A DNA stretch of 64,000 nucleotides, taken from NCBI GenBank assembly GCA_038883775.1, contig JAVZLM010000003.1, positions 116,397-180,396 of the forward strand, written 5' to 3'. This DNA comes from Candidatus Bathyarchaeia archaeon (GTDB taxonomy: Archaea > Thermoproteota > Bathyarchaeia > Bathyarchaeales > Bathycorpusculaceae). The translations under genes and the position numbers were made by a program. Under the pieces are notes generated by a model. That model made no database searches and had not been told where the DNA came from. It saw only the letters and a list, made by a program, of their open reading frames with translations. Of this stretch, positions 47,008 to 56,642 are shown in pieces; the first letter of the stretch is position 1, and the number at the start of each line of letters is the position of its first letter.

Positions 47008-48603
47008 ATGAGTGTTGAAATTCCTAAGATAGCTGTTGTTTTTGGTTCTGTGACTCCACCTCAAGGCGATGTTATCCAATGCCGTGTTCATTTGGGCTGC
47101 ACAAAGGAGATCAGTAGCTTTGAAGTGCTTTTGCAAAATTGGAATAAAAAGTATAGTCCAGGCGGCGCATATCCGATTAATGTTGGCATGGATGGAAGCA
47201 TAAGCATAGGCAGAGGCGCAAACTGTCCGCAGATAATCACTTGCCGTGTTGAATCTGTCAAATATGAATCCACTCCAACCGAGAATTATCTCCGTGTTAG
47301 CGGCAGATGCTGGGGTGAAAGACTTTTCCGCAGGGTTTTCACGGGCACATTTCAGAACATGAAAGGCGAAGACATCGTCAAACACTTGCTTGATTACTAT
47401 GTTGGTTTAAGCCACGTCAGAGACGGAACGGAACTCGTGGAAAACACTGACACCACCTACGCAAAATTGGAATATGAAAACACGCCAGTTTTCGACATAA
47501 TCAAATACATTGCAGAATCAGCAGATAAGCAAGGCGTTATTGGCTATGATTTTCGTGTAGCCCCAGACGGCAAATTCGAGTTTTTCCCACGCAACAGCAA
47601 AACCTCACCTGTCAGCCTTTCAGAAAAAATTGAAGAGTATGAATATCGCAAGGACATTCACGGCATCCGCAACAAAATCACAGTTTATGGAATTGCAGAG
47701 AAAAGTGCTCCAAGCGACAAGGACTCTTGGACGGAAAGCCTAGCGCCTTCGGATGGAAACTGGACCGCCATTTCCGCTAGCACAGTAAGCTTTGACGCTG
47801 AAAACAAAGTTAAGGGTTCTGGAAGCATCAAAACCTATGGCAGTGGAGAAATAACCGATGTGGGCTGCATCTTCACACTAAACAGCGGCAAAGAAGTCAA
47901 CACAAACCTTTATCCGCTGATAAGTTTCTGGGCATACCGTGAAAACATCTTTTACGCAAACCTAAAACTCACCCTCTACGACATTGCAAACAAAAGTGCG
48001 GGGCATACATTCAACATTGGACCAGAAAAATGGACTCAACTACAAGTCAAGGCTGGCAAAGAAAACGCTGATTTGTGGGATGCGGAAAACGGTTTTGATT
48101 GGACACAAATAAAAAAGCTACGTTTCGACTGTTGGCTTACAACCACAAGTCCAGGCGGCTTCTGGATTGACTGCCTATTCTTCGGCGGATGCCGATACAG
48201 CAACACACAAGAAGATGCCAACAGCCTAAACGCTTATGGTTTAAGGGAGCTTGTGGAAGTTGACGAAGAACTTTACAGCGATAACGAATGCATGTTAAGG
48301 GCTAAAGCCATTCTTAACCACCTAAAAAATCCAGCAGAATACTTGACAATAAGAAGCACAGTAATAGGCTATGGCAATACGCCACTTCTGCCAGGAGACA
48401 AAATCCACGTGACACTGCCAAACGAGAACGTTGACGCAGATTTCCGCCTCGAAAGTGTTGAATATCGCGTGGACGCAAAAACCCAAACCCTCGAAATCAC
48501 ATTAGAGCTTGGACGCGAAACACCACTTTTAGCCGATTATCTTTGCGCTTTAAGAAGCAAAACAGACCACGTTAGCAGATACAAAATTGCGAGGCTGATA
48601 TAA
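47008..48603 (+). CDS. Baseplate hub/tail-tip protein with a carbohydrate-binding-like insertion
   Basis: Follows TMP; S.FE..L.N, VSGRC, YDFRV.PDG.F.F, IRNKITVYG, YGLRE, PGDKIHV; insertion with FDWTQIKKLRF...FWID. Confidence 0.68.
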   Translation: MSVEIPKIAVVFGSVTPPQGDVIQCRVHLGCTKEISSFEVLLQNWNKKYSPGGAYPINVGMDGSISIGRGANCPQIITCRVESVKYESTPTENYLRVSGRCWGERLFRRVFTGTFQNMKGEDIVKHLLDYYVGLSHVRDGTELVENTDTTYAKLEYENTPVFDIIKYIAESADKQGVIGYDFRVAPDGKFEFFPRNSKTSPVSLSEKIEEYEYRKDIHGIRNKITVYGIAEKSAPSDKDSWTESLAPSDGNWTAISASTVSFDAENKVKGSGSIKTYGSGEITDVGCIFTLNSGKEVNTNLYPLISFWAYRENIFYANLKLTLYDIANKSAGHTFNIGPEKWTQLQVKAGKENADLWDAENGFDWTQIKKLRFDCWLTTTSPGGFWIDCLFFGGCRYSNTQEDANSLNAYGLRELVEVDEELYSDNECMLRAKAILNHLKNPAEYLTIRSTVIGYGNTPLLPGDKIHVTLPNENVDADFRLESVEYRVDAKTQTLEITLELGRETPLLADYLCALRSKTDHVSRYKIARLI

Positions 48604-48842
48604 TGAGTGAAAGCGTTCCTTATGGACGTTACGAAGAAGCTTATAGGGCTATCCACAGCGCCCTAAGCGGAATCATGGCGCCGCCATCTGGAAGGAAAAT
48701 TACAAAGCTAAGTTTTTCATGGAATGCCGATGGCACATTAGCCACATTAAAAGCCTACGAAGGCAATAATGAAATTTTCACATTAGTTTTCACATGGAAT
48801 CCAGACGGCACTTTAAAGGAGGTTAACCGAACAGATGCCTGA
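48603..48842 (+). CDS. Small virion-associated hypothetical protein
   Basis: Internal repeat FSWNADGTL/FTWNPDGTL; translationally coupled to neighbours. Confidence 0.6.
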   Translation: MSESVPYGRYEEAYRAIHSALSGIMAPPSGRKITKLSFSWNADGTLATLKAYEGNNEIFTLVFTWNPDGTLKEVNRTDA

Positions 48843-49074
48843 CAAAGCCCTAATAATCCGCGACGACAAAGAAAAGTTTAAGGACATAGGCGATGTCTTA
48901 GCAGTAGCCAGAGCTGAAGGCAAAAAACTCTTCAAAACCCACGAGAACATTTTGGTTGTCCGCGTCTATTATGATGGTGAGGTTGGCTGGATAGCGGTTG
49001 TTCGCTATCCCAAAGCTGAGGTTGGATGTTCAAACATTGCTGGTGTAAGCGGAGGAGAAAAAATTGAGAAATGA
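48835..49074 (+). CDS. Small hypothetical protein
   Basis: Overlapping starts/stops within the tail operon. Confidence 0.5.
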   Translation: MPDKALIIRDDKEKFKDIGDVLAVARAEGKKLFKTHENILVVRVYYDGEVGWIAVVRYPKAEVGCSNIAGVSGGEKIEK

Positions 49075-49547
49075 GCTTGAAAAAGAAAGCTGGAATAATA
49101 GTCGGAGTGCAAAGACGTATAGAAGTTTGGCGAAAAGGCGAATTGGTAGATGTTGACGAGAAACTGCTTGATTTTAAAGACTTGGTAGTCGACGCTGGAT
49201 TAGATGCTTTATGCGGTCAAGCCTTTGACAATAGCGCAAACAGACCAGCCGTGTTTAATTACGTGGCTATTGGCACCGATGGAACAACTCCAAACTCTTC
49301 GCAGACAGCTTTAGGCGCAGAAGTGATGCGTGTTCAAGGAACTTATAACAAAGATGCTAATACAGGTGAGTGCAGCATGGACGCCACATTCAACATAACC
49401 GCCTCCTACACACTAAACGAGTGTGGTTTGTTTAATGCTTCCTCTGGTGGCACAATGTATTGCCGAGACACATACACAACAAAAAATGTTCAGAACGGCG
49501 ACACAGTGAAAATTTACTACACGCCTAAGTTCCAGAGACCAGCTTAA
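49071..49547 (+). CDS. Tail fibre/baseplate attachment protein
   Basis: VVDAGL...YVAIGT..T...QTAL..E..R...NE.GLFNA.SGGTM..R...K..GD...I.Y pattern typical of tail-fibre N-terminal modules. Confidence 0.65.
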   Translation: MSLKKKAGIIVGVQRRIEVWRKGELVDVDEKLLDFKDLVVDAGLDALCGQAFDNSANRPAVFNYVAIGTDGTTPNSSQTALGAEVMRVQGTYNKDANTGECSMDATFNITASYTLNECGLFNASSGGTMYCRDTYTTKNVQNGDTVKIYYTPKFQRPA

Positions 49548-49574
49548 AACGATATAATTTTCTGAGGCTTGCTG

Positions 49575-51077
49575 ATGGGTTGGCTTAGCGGTTGGCAGTA
49601 TCGTAAAAGTCACGTGATTAACAGCGCAGGCGGTGCTGGGACAAACTATCAAGTTCGCATAGTAGCGCATTATGGAAGTGGAACAGACAGTGGCGCAGAC
49701 GTTTACCTTAACAGTCACTGCCGCAGTGATTTTGGCGATGTCCGCTTTACGGATGATGATGGCACTACGCTTTTGGACTATTGGATGGAAGAGAAAGTTG
49801 ACAGCGATTACGCCATATTTTGGGTTGAAGTAGCAGATGACTTAAGCACAAATCCAGCTACAATCTACATTTATTATGGCAAATCAGATGCTACAACAAC
49901 AAGCAACGGCGATAACACATTTCTGTTTTTTGACGATTTTGAAAGTGGAACTTTCGGTAAATGGAACACTTATGGCAGTTGGACAATAGTTTCAGACGTT
50001 GTAAAACAAGGAAGCAAAGCAGCTTATCATCCTGGGGGTGGTTCAACAAGAGTTTTAGAAAAAACATTACCTAACACTTACGATAATGTCATGATTCACC
50101 TTTGGGCGAGAGTATATCAAGTAGTTGATTATTCTGGGTATCCAATAATACCCAAAGGGTCAACTGATGTGCTTGTTTATAGTATGGTATTCATGGCTAC
50201 TGGAATTAAATATTACCAAGCTGGATATCTTTCATGGCCTCAAAATTATAATTATTATGCTAACACTTGGTATAGGCTAGAATGCGGATATAGATGTTCA
50301 GCTAACAGTCAAGATGGATTTAAAGACAGAGCTTCTATGGGTTCAATACAAGCAAAAGACGCTAACGGAAATCAGATTAGTGGTATAAAAAGCGTAACCA
50401 TAATTGCTTCACCCGACGCAGGTAAAAACATGTGGATTGATGTTGTTTATCTTAGAAAGTATGTAAGCCCTGAACCATCGCATGCAAGCTGGGGAAGCGA
50501 AGAGCAAGTAAGCGGCGGACAAACTTATGAAATTTACGTTAATGCCGTAAGCCAATCGCTTACCACACCAGCCTATGAAGCTACATATAACATTATGAAA
50601 AATGCGGACGTATCCAGCCAAAGCCTAACAACTTCAGAAACAACATTTAATATTTCTAAAGATGCTATTGTAAACGTTTTAGCCGACATGCTTGTTGAAG
50701 TTGTAACGGGCGTAATAGAGATTTTCAAAGAAGCCTTAACCACGGCGCAGACATTATGCCAAACTGAAACTGCATTTAACATTAGCCGAGACGCCTTGGC
50801 GCATGCGTTAACGCAAACGCTTTTTGAATTGGGCGTAGCCAAAGAAGTGGTTGTTAAAGCTTCAACCACAAATGCTTTTGAAGTAGCTTTTACGCTTCCC
50901 CTAGATGCAATAGTGAAGGCAGACGCCCTTTCCATTTTAGAGTCAACCTTTCGCATAAGCCAAGAAGCTTCCATAAAAGTGTTTGCAGAAGTCGCCGTAT
51001 TAAAGCCTACAGAAGTGAAAATTACAAGGCTTTTTCTTGTTTTGGGCGATTTAGCCATTCAAATCCAAGGCAACTAG
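49575..51077 (+). CDS. DUF2341-domain receptor-binding/fibre protein
   Basis: WLSGWQYRK, NYQV, DFGDVRFT..DGTTLLDYW.E, FWVEV, IYIYYG, FLFFDDFE; lectin-like middle region; repetitive C-terminal stalk. Confidence 0.75.
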   Translation: MGWLSGWQYRKSHVINSAGGAGTNYQVRIVAHYGSGTDSGADVYLNSHCRSDFGDVRFTDDDGTTLLDYWMEEKVDSDYAIFWVEVADDLSTNPATIYIYYGKSDATTTSNGDNTFLFFDDFESGTFGKWNTYGSWTIVSDVVKQGSKAAYHPGGGSTRVLEKTLPNTYDNVMIHLWARVYQVVDYSGYPIIPKGSTDVLVYSMVFMATGIKYYQAGYLSWPQNYNYYANTWYRLECGYRCSANSQDGFKDRASMGSIQAKDANGNQISGIKSVTIIASPDAGKNMWIDVVYLRKYVSPEPSHASWGSEEQVSGGQTYEIYVNAVSQSLTTPAYEATYNIMKNADVSSQSLTTSETTFNISKDAIVNVLADMLVEVVTGVIEIFKEALTTAQTLCQTETAFNISRDALAHALTQTLFELGVAKEVVVKASTTNAFEVAFTLPLDAIVKADALSILESTFRISQEASIKVFAEVAVLKPTEVKITRLFLVLGDLAIQIQGN

Positions 51078-51089
51078 GAGTGGCTGATT

Positions 51090-51266
51090 ATGGGTAAAAG
51101 TGCCAAGAGAACTGTTGTCGAAATCCGCGAAGACCTGCATAGGGAACTGCGTAAGTTGGCTTTGTTGAATGATTTGCGGATTTATGTGGTGGCAAACGCC
51201 ATAATAGAAGATTTCTTAAAAGACCAAGAGCGGGTGAAAAATCTAATTAGAAAGTTGAAGCTTTAA
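51090..51266 (+). CDS. Small ribbon-helix-helix protein (not in ORF track)
   Basis: MGKSAKRTVVEIREDLHRELRKLALLNDLRIYVVANAIIEDFL...; GGAG RBS. Confidence 0.68.
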   Translation: MGKSAKRTVVEIREDLHRELRKLALLNDLRIYVVANAIIEDFLKDQERVKNLIRKLKL

Positions 51267-51292
51267 AGGAATAATTGCTAATAGTATCTTGG

Positions 51293-51487
51293 ATGCGGGA
51301 TATGTCTGATTGGCGTAGGTTGAAGCGTGAAGACCGTGTGAATTTAGCAATTAACATGAGTGACGTTTGTATTAGAATTTGCGCCGAAGGCGTCAAGGAC
51401 CAAAATCCAAACATAAGCGAAAAGAAACTTATTGAACGAGTGCGAGAAAGGCTTATGTTTGATAGCCGAAGGAAGGGAGGCGTTTAA
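51293..51487 (+). CDS. Small helical partner (antitoxin-like) of the downstream nucleotidyltransferase
   Basis: EDRVNLAINMSD....AEGVKDQNPNISE..L pattern; directly upstream of the NTase. Confidence 0.55.
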   Translation: MRDMSDWRRLKREDRVNLAINMSDVCIRICAEGVKDQNPNISEKKLIERVRERLMFDSRRKGGV

Positions 51488-51490
51488 AAG

Positions 51491-52036
51491 CTGGAAAGTT
51501 TTGAAGCTCTTGTTAAGCGGGTTGTTGGAAGTTTTAATGCTTTTGGTTTGGATTACATGTTTACTGGAGCCTTGGCGGCAAGCTTTTATGGTAGGGCTCG
51601 CACAACAAGAGACATTGATGTTGTTGTTGCTGTTGTTGGCAGAGATTGGAAAAGTAAGCTTGTTTCAGCTTTGAAGAGGGCTGGTTTGGTGGTTGAGGAG
51701 GAAAAAATTGATGAAGCTTTAAGGTCTGGCTATAAAATAGCTACTTTTAAAAATGGCAAATCTCCGCTAATGGTTGACATAATATTTTCTGACACGAAGC
51801 TCGAGAAAAAGGCTGGGAAAATTTTGGGCATGCCAACATTTTATCAGAAGCCTGAAGATTTGGTTTTGGCTAAACTGCGAATGATTAAGGCAACAAAGCC
51901 ACGAGAAAGAGCCTTAAAGGACGAGGAGGATGTGAGGGCTATTTTAAAATTCACAAGAGTGGATTTAGACGAGCTGAAAAGGCGGGCGAGAAAAGAAAAT
52001 ACGCTTTCAATCTTTGAGGCTTTGATGGCAGAATAA
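51491..52036 (+). CDS. Pol-beta superfamily nucleotidyltransferase (DUF6036-like), probable CTG start
   Basis: YMFTGALAASFYGRARTTRDIDVV, PEDLVLAKL; in-frame extension to CTG at 51491 after GGAGG. Confidence 0.75.
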   Translation: MESFEALVKRVVGSFNAFGLDYMFTGALAASFYGRARTTRDIDVVVAVVGRDWKSKLVSALKRAGLVVEEEKIDEALRSGYKIATFKNGKSPLMVDIIFSDTKLEKKAGKILGMPTFYQKPEDLVLAKLRMIKATKPRERALKDEEDVRAILKFTRVDLDELKRRARKENTLSIFEALMAE

Positions 52037-52041
52037 AAGAC

Positions 52042-52461
52042 TTATGTTTCGCCTATCCATAATGTTTCTTTAATATTTTTGAAGTGTTCGTCTCCTGTGA
52101 TTATTTTTGCGTTTAAGGTTTTTGCTGTTGCTAGTATTATGGCGTCGAAGAGGCTTGGCGGTTTAAGTTTTTCTTTTTTAGCTTTTTCGGTTAGTTGCAT
52201 GTAGCATTTTGCTGATTCTATGGCTGTTTCCTTGTCTATGGGGGTTATTTCTGAGGTTTCTTCTATTGTTTTTAGGCGTTCGCTGATTGTTTGTTCTTTT
52301 GCGCCTTCGCGTATGTATTTGCGGGCTATTTCAGCCAAAACAATGTCTGGCGTGTAGGCTTCTTCAGCTTCTTGAAGGATTTCTTTGGCTTTTTCTCCTT
52401 TTTGGCTTCCTATGAAGATTTCAATCCAAGCGTAAGCGTCAATCACCACTGCTGTTTTCAC
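52042..52461 (-). CDS. vapC: VapC PIN-domain toxin
   Basis: VVIDAYAWIE, VLAEI, SLFDAIILATA, IITGDEHF. Confidence 0.9.
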   Translation of the reverse strand: MKTAVVIDAYAWIEIFIGSQKGEKAKEILQEAEEAYTPDIVLAEIARKYIREGAKEQTISERLKTIEETSEITPIDKETAIESAKCYMQLTEKAKKEKLKPPSLFDAIILATAKTLNAKIITGDEHFKNIKETLWIGET

Positions 52462-52654
52462 CGCGGTCTTCCTCCGTGAAAGACTTAATTTTGCCCTTGT
52501 CTATGCCGAAAACTTCGCTGAGCCTTTGTCTGCGTTGTTGCGCAATAAAAAGCCTTATAGTTTCGTCTAGGGTTTGGGCTCCCAATTTTCTGCGGAGCCT
52601 CTCCAACATTTTTAATGTGCTTTTTGAAACCCTAATGGTTGTTGCTTCACTCAA
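52439..52654 (-). CDS. vapB: VapB-type antitoxin (RHH)
   Basis: TTIRVSK.T...L..LR..LGA.TLDETI; overlaps vapC start. Confidence 0.82.
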   Translation of the reverse strand: MSEATTIRVSKSTLKMLERLRRKLGAQTLDETIRLFIAQQRRQRLSEVFGIDKGKIKSFTEEDRGENSSGD

Positions 52655-52790
52655 ATAGTTTCACCATATACAAATATATTATATACAAAAATATAAGTAT
52701 ACTGCAGATTTAGGCTCTTATATCCATATTGTTTTGGTTTTGGAGGTAAAGGCGTATTGTTGAAGCGCTTAAAATGTTAGAAATGGTTAA

Positions 52791-52928
52791 AAGCCTTCGG
52801 ATTTCTGGAGTTTGCGCATTGGCGATTACAGAACCATATATGAAATTGACAAAGCTAATGGTAGAGTGATAGTTTTGTTTGTTGGACATAGGCGAAAGGC
52901 CTACGAAGACCTAACGAAAATGTTCTAG
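52791..52928 (+). pseudogene. RelE/ParE toxin remnant (C-terminal half)
   Basis: KPSDFWSLRIGDYRTIYEIDKANGRVIVLFVGHRRKAY; in-frame stop immediately upstream and no start. Confidence 0.75.
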
Positions 52929-52934
52929 AGCTGA

Positions 52935-53032
52935 TTACATATGGTTTGGGGTTAAGCCCTTGGAGTGTTGGTCTTCTGATGTGAGTTTTGCGTTTATAGC
53001 TTTCGCCATTGTCATTATTATGGCGTCGAAGG
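52935..53032 (-). pseudogene. Second vapC fragment
   Basis: FDAIIMTMAKAINAKLTSEDQH matches the C-terminus of the adjacent VapC; shares ATTATGGCGTCGAAG with 52136-52150. Confidence 0.6.
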
Positions 53033-53084
53033 ACTTTAGGGAAAAATTAATAATTGTACTGTGGTTTTATATGATTGAAAGAAA

Positions 53085-53747
53085 ATGCATAGAATGCTCT
53101 TTAAACTTTCATGTGCGATTTTATTTTTATTAGCTGCTTTTTCCGTTCCGTGTGTAAATGCAAGAGGTGGTGTTTTCGTTATCGGTCCAATGCAGAAGGA
53201 AGTTGAGACTGTTGAACTAACGGTTTCTGAAAGTATGCATGCTGATGTTTGCGGAAACATTTCGGTTGTTAACGGTTACATAGACTTTTATGTGACAAAT
53301 CCTTCGGGAGGTATCATTCTTTGCTATAATAAGGTATCCTTTGGCTGTTTTAACTTTTCTGCTGTGGAAAATGGAACTTATGTGTTGCATTTAGCGAACG
53401 CAGAATCCGAAAACGATGTGACAGCAACACTGAATTACGGCGTGAATTTTAAAGTATTTGTTCAGGAAACGCTCTCTTGGCATACAGTTGCGACATGGCG
53501 AGTAGAAGTTACTCCTACTTTTCCTTTTGATATTGTAGGGATCCTAACACAGATTATTGTAAGTATTACACTCCTTTACTATCTTGCAAGCTTAGGTGAA
53601 AAAATTGTGGGGCTCATTCGTTGGTTCTATTGGAGAGCAAAACACGGAAAGTCAAAGACACCTGTGATACTTAAACTAATTAAGCCGGCAAAGAATTTAA
53701 AGTTATTTAATTTCCTTGCAATTTACATTAAAACAATACTTATATGA
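53085..53747 (+). CDS. Membrane-anchored GOLD/emp24-like beta-sandwich protein
   Basis: Signal peptide; IDFYVTNPSG...G.FNFSA.ENGTY.L...N; C-terminal TM. Confidence 0.65.
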   Translation: MHRMLFKLSCAILFLLAAFSVPCVNARGGVFVIGPMQKEVETVELTVSESMHADVCGNISVVNGYIDFYVTNPSGGIILCYNKVSFGCFNFSAVENGTYVLHLANAESENDVTATLNYGVNFKVFVQETLSWHTVATWRVEVTPTFPFDIVGILTQIIVSITLLYYLASLGEKIVGLIRWFYWRAKHGKSKTPVILKLIKPAKNLKLFNFLAIYIKTILI

Positions 53748-53784
53748 TGCCGTGAAAAATAAACAACTTAAGGTTGTATGTTAA

Positions 53785-55917
53785 ATGTCATCTAACTACA
53801 TCATTGAGAAACTCTTAAAACTGAAAAATTGGAAAGAATTGAATATAACTCAACGTGAAGCTGTAAAAGCTGGCATTTTGAATTTAAAAGATAACTTTGT
53901 CATAATTGCTCCCACCTCTTCTGGTAAGACTGGAATTGCTCTCTTAGCAGCTTTACAAATGCTCGAAGTTGGCGGAAAGGTATTGTATCTTGTTCCAATG
54001 ACTGCACTCATAGCTGATAAAGAACGTGATTTTAGCGATATATCAGATAAAATTGCGGGGCTTAATTCATCACTATCAGATTGGGATAAAGCAGACGTTG
54101 TTATCACGACATATGAAAATTTCTATAAAAACGCATTGCTGCATCCGACGTATGTCAAGGGATTTACTTTAGCGATTGTTGACGAATTTCATGTACTGTA
54201 TGATAAGTTGCGTGGTTTCAATTTGGAGAAAGTAATCACCATTTTGAAAGAAATGAACATGAGAATAATTTGTCTTTCAGCCACATTTGAAGATAAACAA
54301 GAGATTAGCGAATGGTTAAATGCGAAGTTGGTCGTAGTCCCCGAAAGCGCAAGAGAAGTTAAGCTTACGTATGGTATCATTGATATTTCACAAACACCCT
54401 CAGCTAAACAAAATATTGAACTTTGTAAGAAACTCCTTGAAATGAAAAAAGAACCATATCTTGTATTTTGTACAAGTAAAGATTCTACAGTAGCGAGAGC
54501 CAAAGAAATGTGTTCTTTACTAGATAAAATTATATTTGATGAATCAAAATTGCGTGAGATATTTGCAAAGCAAGTCCGCAGAAAAAGATTTACAGCCCAA
54601 GAAGAAGAACTTCTAAAGTGTTTATTAAAAGGCGTGGGTTTCCATCACTCAGATCTTGATCAACAATTAAGGTCCTTAGTAGAGAATCTTTTTGCGAACA
54701 AAGCAATAAATTATTTATTTGCAACAACAGGCTTAGCCTATGGTGTTAACTTCCCTGCAAAAACAGTAGTACTTGCAGATTTGTCCTTTTATGATCCGTA
54801 TACCGGAAAAAGAATACCGGTGCCAAATTATATGTATCTACAAATGGGTGGTCGCGCTGGTAGACCTGGTTTTGGCGCTGAAGGATACGCTTATGTTGTT
54901 AAGAAAAAAGGACAAAATGACGCAGTAAGATATAAAGATGGAACAATAGAGAGAGCTATTTCACGCGTCCGGGAAGATGAAAACTTTAGGAAAACTATCC
55001 TAGAGTTAATATATTCCGGACGCTGTCGCGATGAAGAAATATTGAATTTCTTTAAGAATACCTATTTCAATTTCCAGTCTGAAAAAGAAAAAGTTCGATT
55101 CATACCCTTCGACCTCTTTAAGATCCTAGAAGGACATGTAAAATACCTTTATGACAATGGTTTTATAGAAAGCACAGGTGTAGCCGGGTATAAACTTACA
55201 GGACTTGGCGAGGTGACAATGGATTTCTTATTTAGAACATTTGCTGATTATCAATTAACGCCATTTAAAGAGCTTAATGATATTCTAGAACGAGATAAGA
55301 GAATCAGAATGGATTTTGATATCATTTATGAACTTTTCCGTTTGTTTGAAGGGGCTTGCCTTAGCAGACATTCACGGGGAAAATCAGAGGAAATAGCAAG
55401 TTTCTACGAAAAAAGGAGTATCCCTGTGTCTGATCAAAAAGATCCAGAGTATTCGGCATACGCAATTTATCATGGTTGGATGGAAAATCAAGAGATACCC
55501 GACATCGAATCCAGATACAAGGTATATGCAAGCAAGTGTCCTCAAGTGGCAAAAGAACTCTTTAATCTTTTAAATGTTTATGAACGCCTTGCAAAGAAAA
55601 AGGGTATAAGTATTCCGGCGGGTTTCAAAGACTTTAAAGATAGAGTCAGATACGGTGTGACTACCGAAGAACTCCCATTTAAAAGGTTAAGAGGAATCGG
55701 TAGAGCAACTACTAGGAAAATGAAGAAGTACTGTGATATATTCAGAAATCCTCCATGGAACCTTTCTGGTTCTATGCTTGAAATTTTTGTTCAAATATAT
55801 AAAAGGGATGGTGAAAGAAAATTTTCAGAGACTTTACAGTTTGTTAAAGGTATTGGCAAAGGGAAGAAACATGAAAAAATCCTTAAGCTAGTTAAAAGCA
55901 TTGCCGAAAAGAAGTAA
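53785..55917 (+). CDS. Ski2/Hel308-like SF2 helicase
   Basis: APTSSGKT, DEFH, LSAT, GVGFHH, ATTGLAYGVNFPA, QMGGRAGRPG; C-terminal HhH (LRGIGR). Confidence 0.9.
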   Translation: MSSNYIIEKLLKLKNWKELNITQREAVKAGILNLKDNFVIIAPTSSGKTGIALLAALQMLEVGGKVLYLVPMTALIADKERDFSDISDKIAGLNSSLSDWDKADVVITTYENFYKNALLHPTYVKGFTLAIVDEFHVLYDKLRGFNLEKVITILKEMNMRIICLSATFEDKQEISEWLNAKLVVVPESAREVKLTYGIIDISQTPSAKQNIELCKKLLEMKKEPYLVFCTSKDSTVARAKEMCSLLDKIIFDESKLREIFAKQVRRKRFTAQEEELLKCLLKGVGFHHSDLDQQLRSLVENLFANKAINYLFATTGLAYGVNFPAKTVVLADLSFYDPYTGKRIPVPNYMYLQMGGRAGRPGFGAEGYAYVVKKKGQNDAVRYKDGTIERAISRVREDENFRKTILELIYSGRCRDEEILNFFKNTYFNFQSEKEKVRFIPFDLFKILEGHVKYLYDNGFIESTGVAGYKLTGLGEVTMDFLFRTFADYQLTPFKELNDILERDKRIRMDFDIIYELFRLFEGACLSRHSRGKSEEIASFYEKRSIPVSDQKDPEYSAYAIYHGWMENQEIPDIESRYKVYASKCPQVAKELFNLLNVYERLAKKKGISIPAGFKDFKDRVRYGVTTEELPFKRLRGIGRATTRKMKKYCDIFRNPPWNLSGSMLEIFVQIYKRDGERKFSETLQFVKGIGKGKKHEKILKLVKSIAEKK

Positions 55918-56013
55918 ATTGTTTGAAAATTTTGGGAATAAATTTGTAAATTTCTGAATTTCGCCCCTCCTTATATTTTCTTTTTCTCGTTTTTCTTTTG
56001 AGGTTTAGAGTGT

Positions 56014-56409
56014 ATGAGGGATGTTGTTAGGCAGGTTAAAGAGCTAAGCCTTGGCGACCTCATCCGTGTTGAGTGGTTTGATGCTAGCATTGGCAAGAGT
56101 CTCAGCGGCGGTTTAAATGGTATTGATGTTCCTGTTACTAGTTGGGGCATTTTCCTCGGCGTTTTAGGCGCCAAAAACAAGCACATAATCCTAGCCCAAA
56201 ACAGTTTTCGTTATGCTGACGGCGTTCATGACATTGATTATACTGCTGTTCCAACAGCTTGGACAACAAACATAACCGTAATAGCCAAAGCACATGTTCC
56301 CCGCGAAACAGCCGAACAACTCTTAAACAGCTTTTTGGTAGGCGGAAAACGCACAGCCTGCAAACGCCTAAAACAACAAAGAGTGAAAAACCATGAACGA
56401 CTGGATTAA
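56014..56409 (+). CDS. Hypothetical beta-rich (Sm/SH3-like) viral protein
   Basis: LGDLIRVEWFDAS...SWGIFLG...HIILA...VP; first gene of the terminase operon. Confidence 0.6.
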   Translation: MRDVVRQVKELSLGDLIRVEWFDASIGKSLSGGLNGIDVPVTSWGIFLGVLGAKNKHIILAQNSFRYADGVHDIDYTAVPTAWTTNITVIAKAHVPRETAEQLLNSFLVGGKRTACKRLKQQRVKNHERLD

Positions 56410-56623
56410 AAAAGCCCTCACAAAAAGAACACGCAGAGGCGAAATCCAACCAGACCAACGCCTAGTCTACGGCGTAAAATTCGCAATCGCAATGACCCTA
56501 AGCCTATCCGCCCTAGAAATCGCCCACCTAGCTTTTCTTGGCAGGTGGAACAGCGAAATCTTCGCCGCCATCACGGGCTTAACAGGCACAGTAAGCGGAA
56601 TCCTCATCGCACAAAAAACCTAG
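56393..56623 (+). CDS. Small two-TM membrane protein
   Basis: Two hydrophobic helices; overlaps the upstream gene. Confidence 0.6.
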   Translation: MNDWIKKALTKRTRRGEIQPDQRLVYGVKFAIAMTLSLSALEIAHLAFLGRWNSEIFAAITGLTGTVSGILIAQKT

Positions 56624-56642
56624 AGAGGAAGGGGTAGGGAAA

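Noticed and set aside
49575-51077. Diversity-generating retroelement acting on the fibre gene
   Set aside because: No reverse transcriptase and no TR/VR repeat pair seen in the window.
53785-55917. Helicase as the element's replication protein
   Set aside because: It is Ski2/Hel308-type rather than MCM/SF3/DnaB, differs in composition from the structural genes, and has no primase or initiator nearby.
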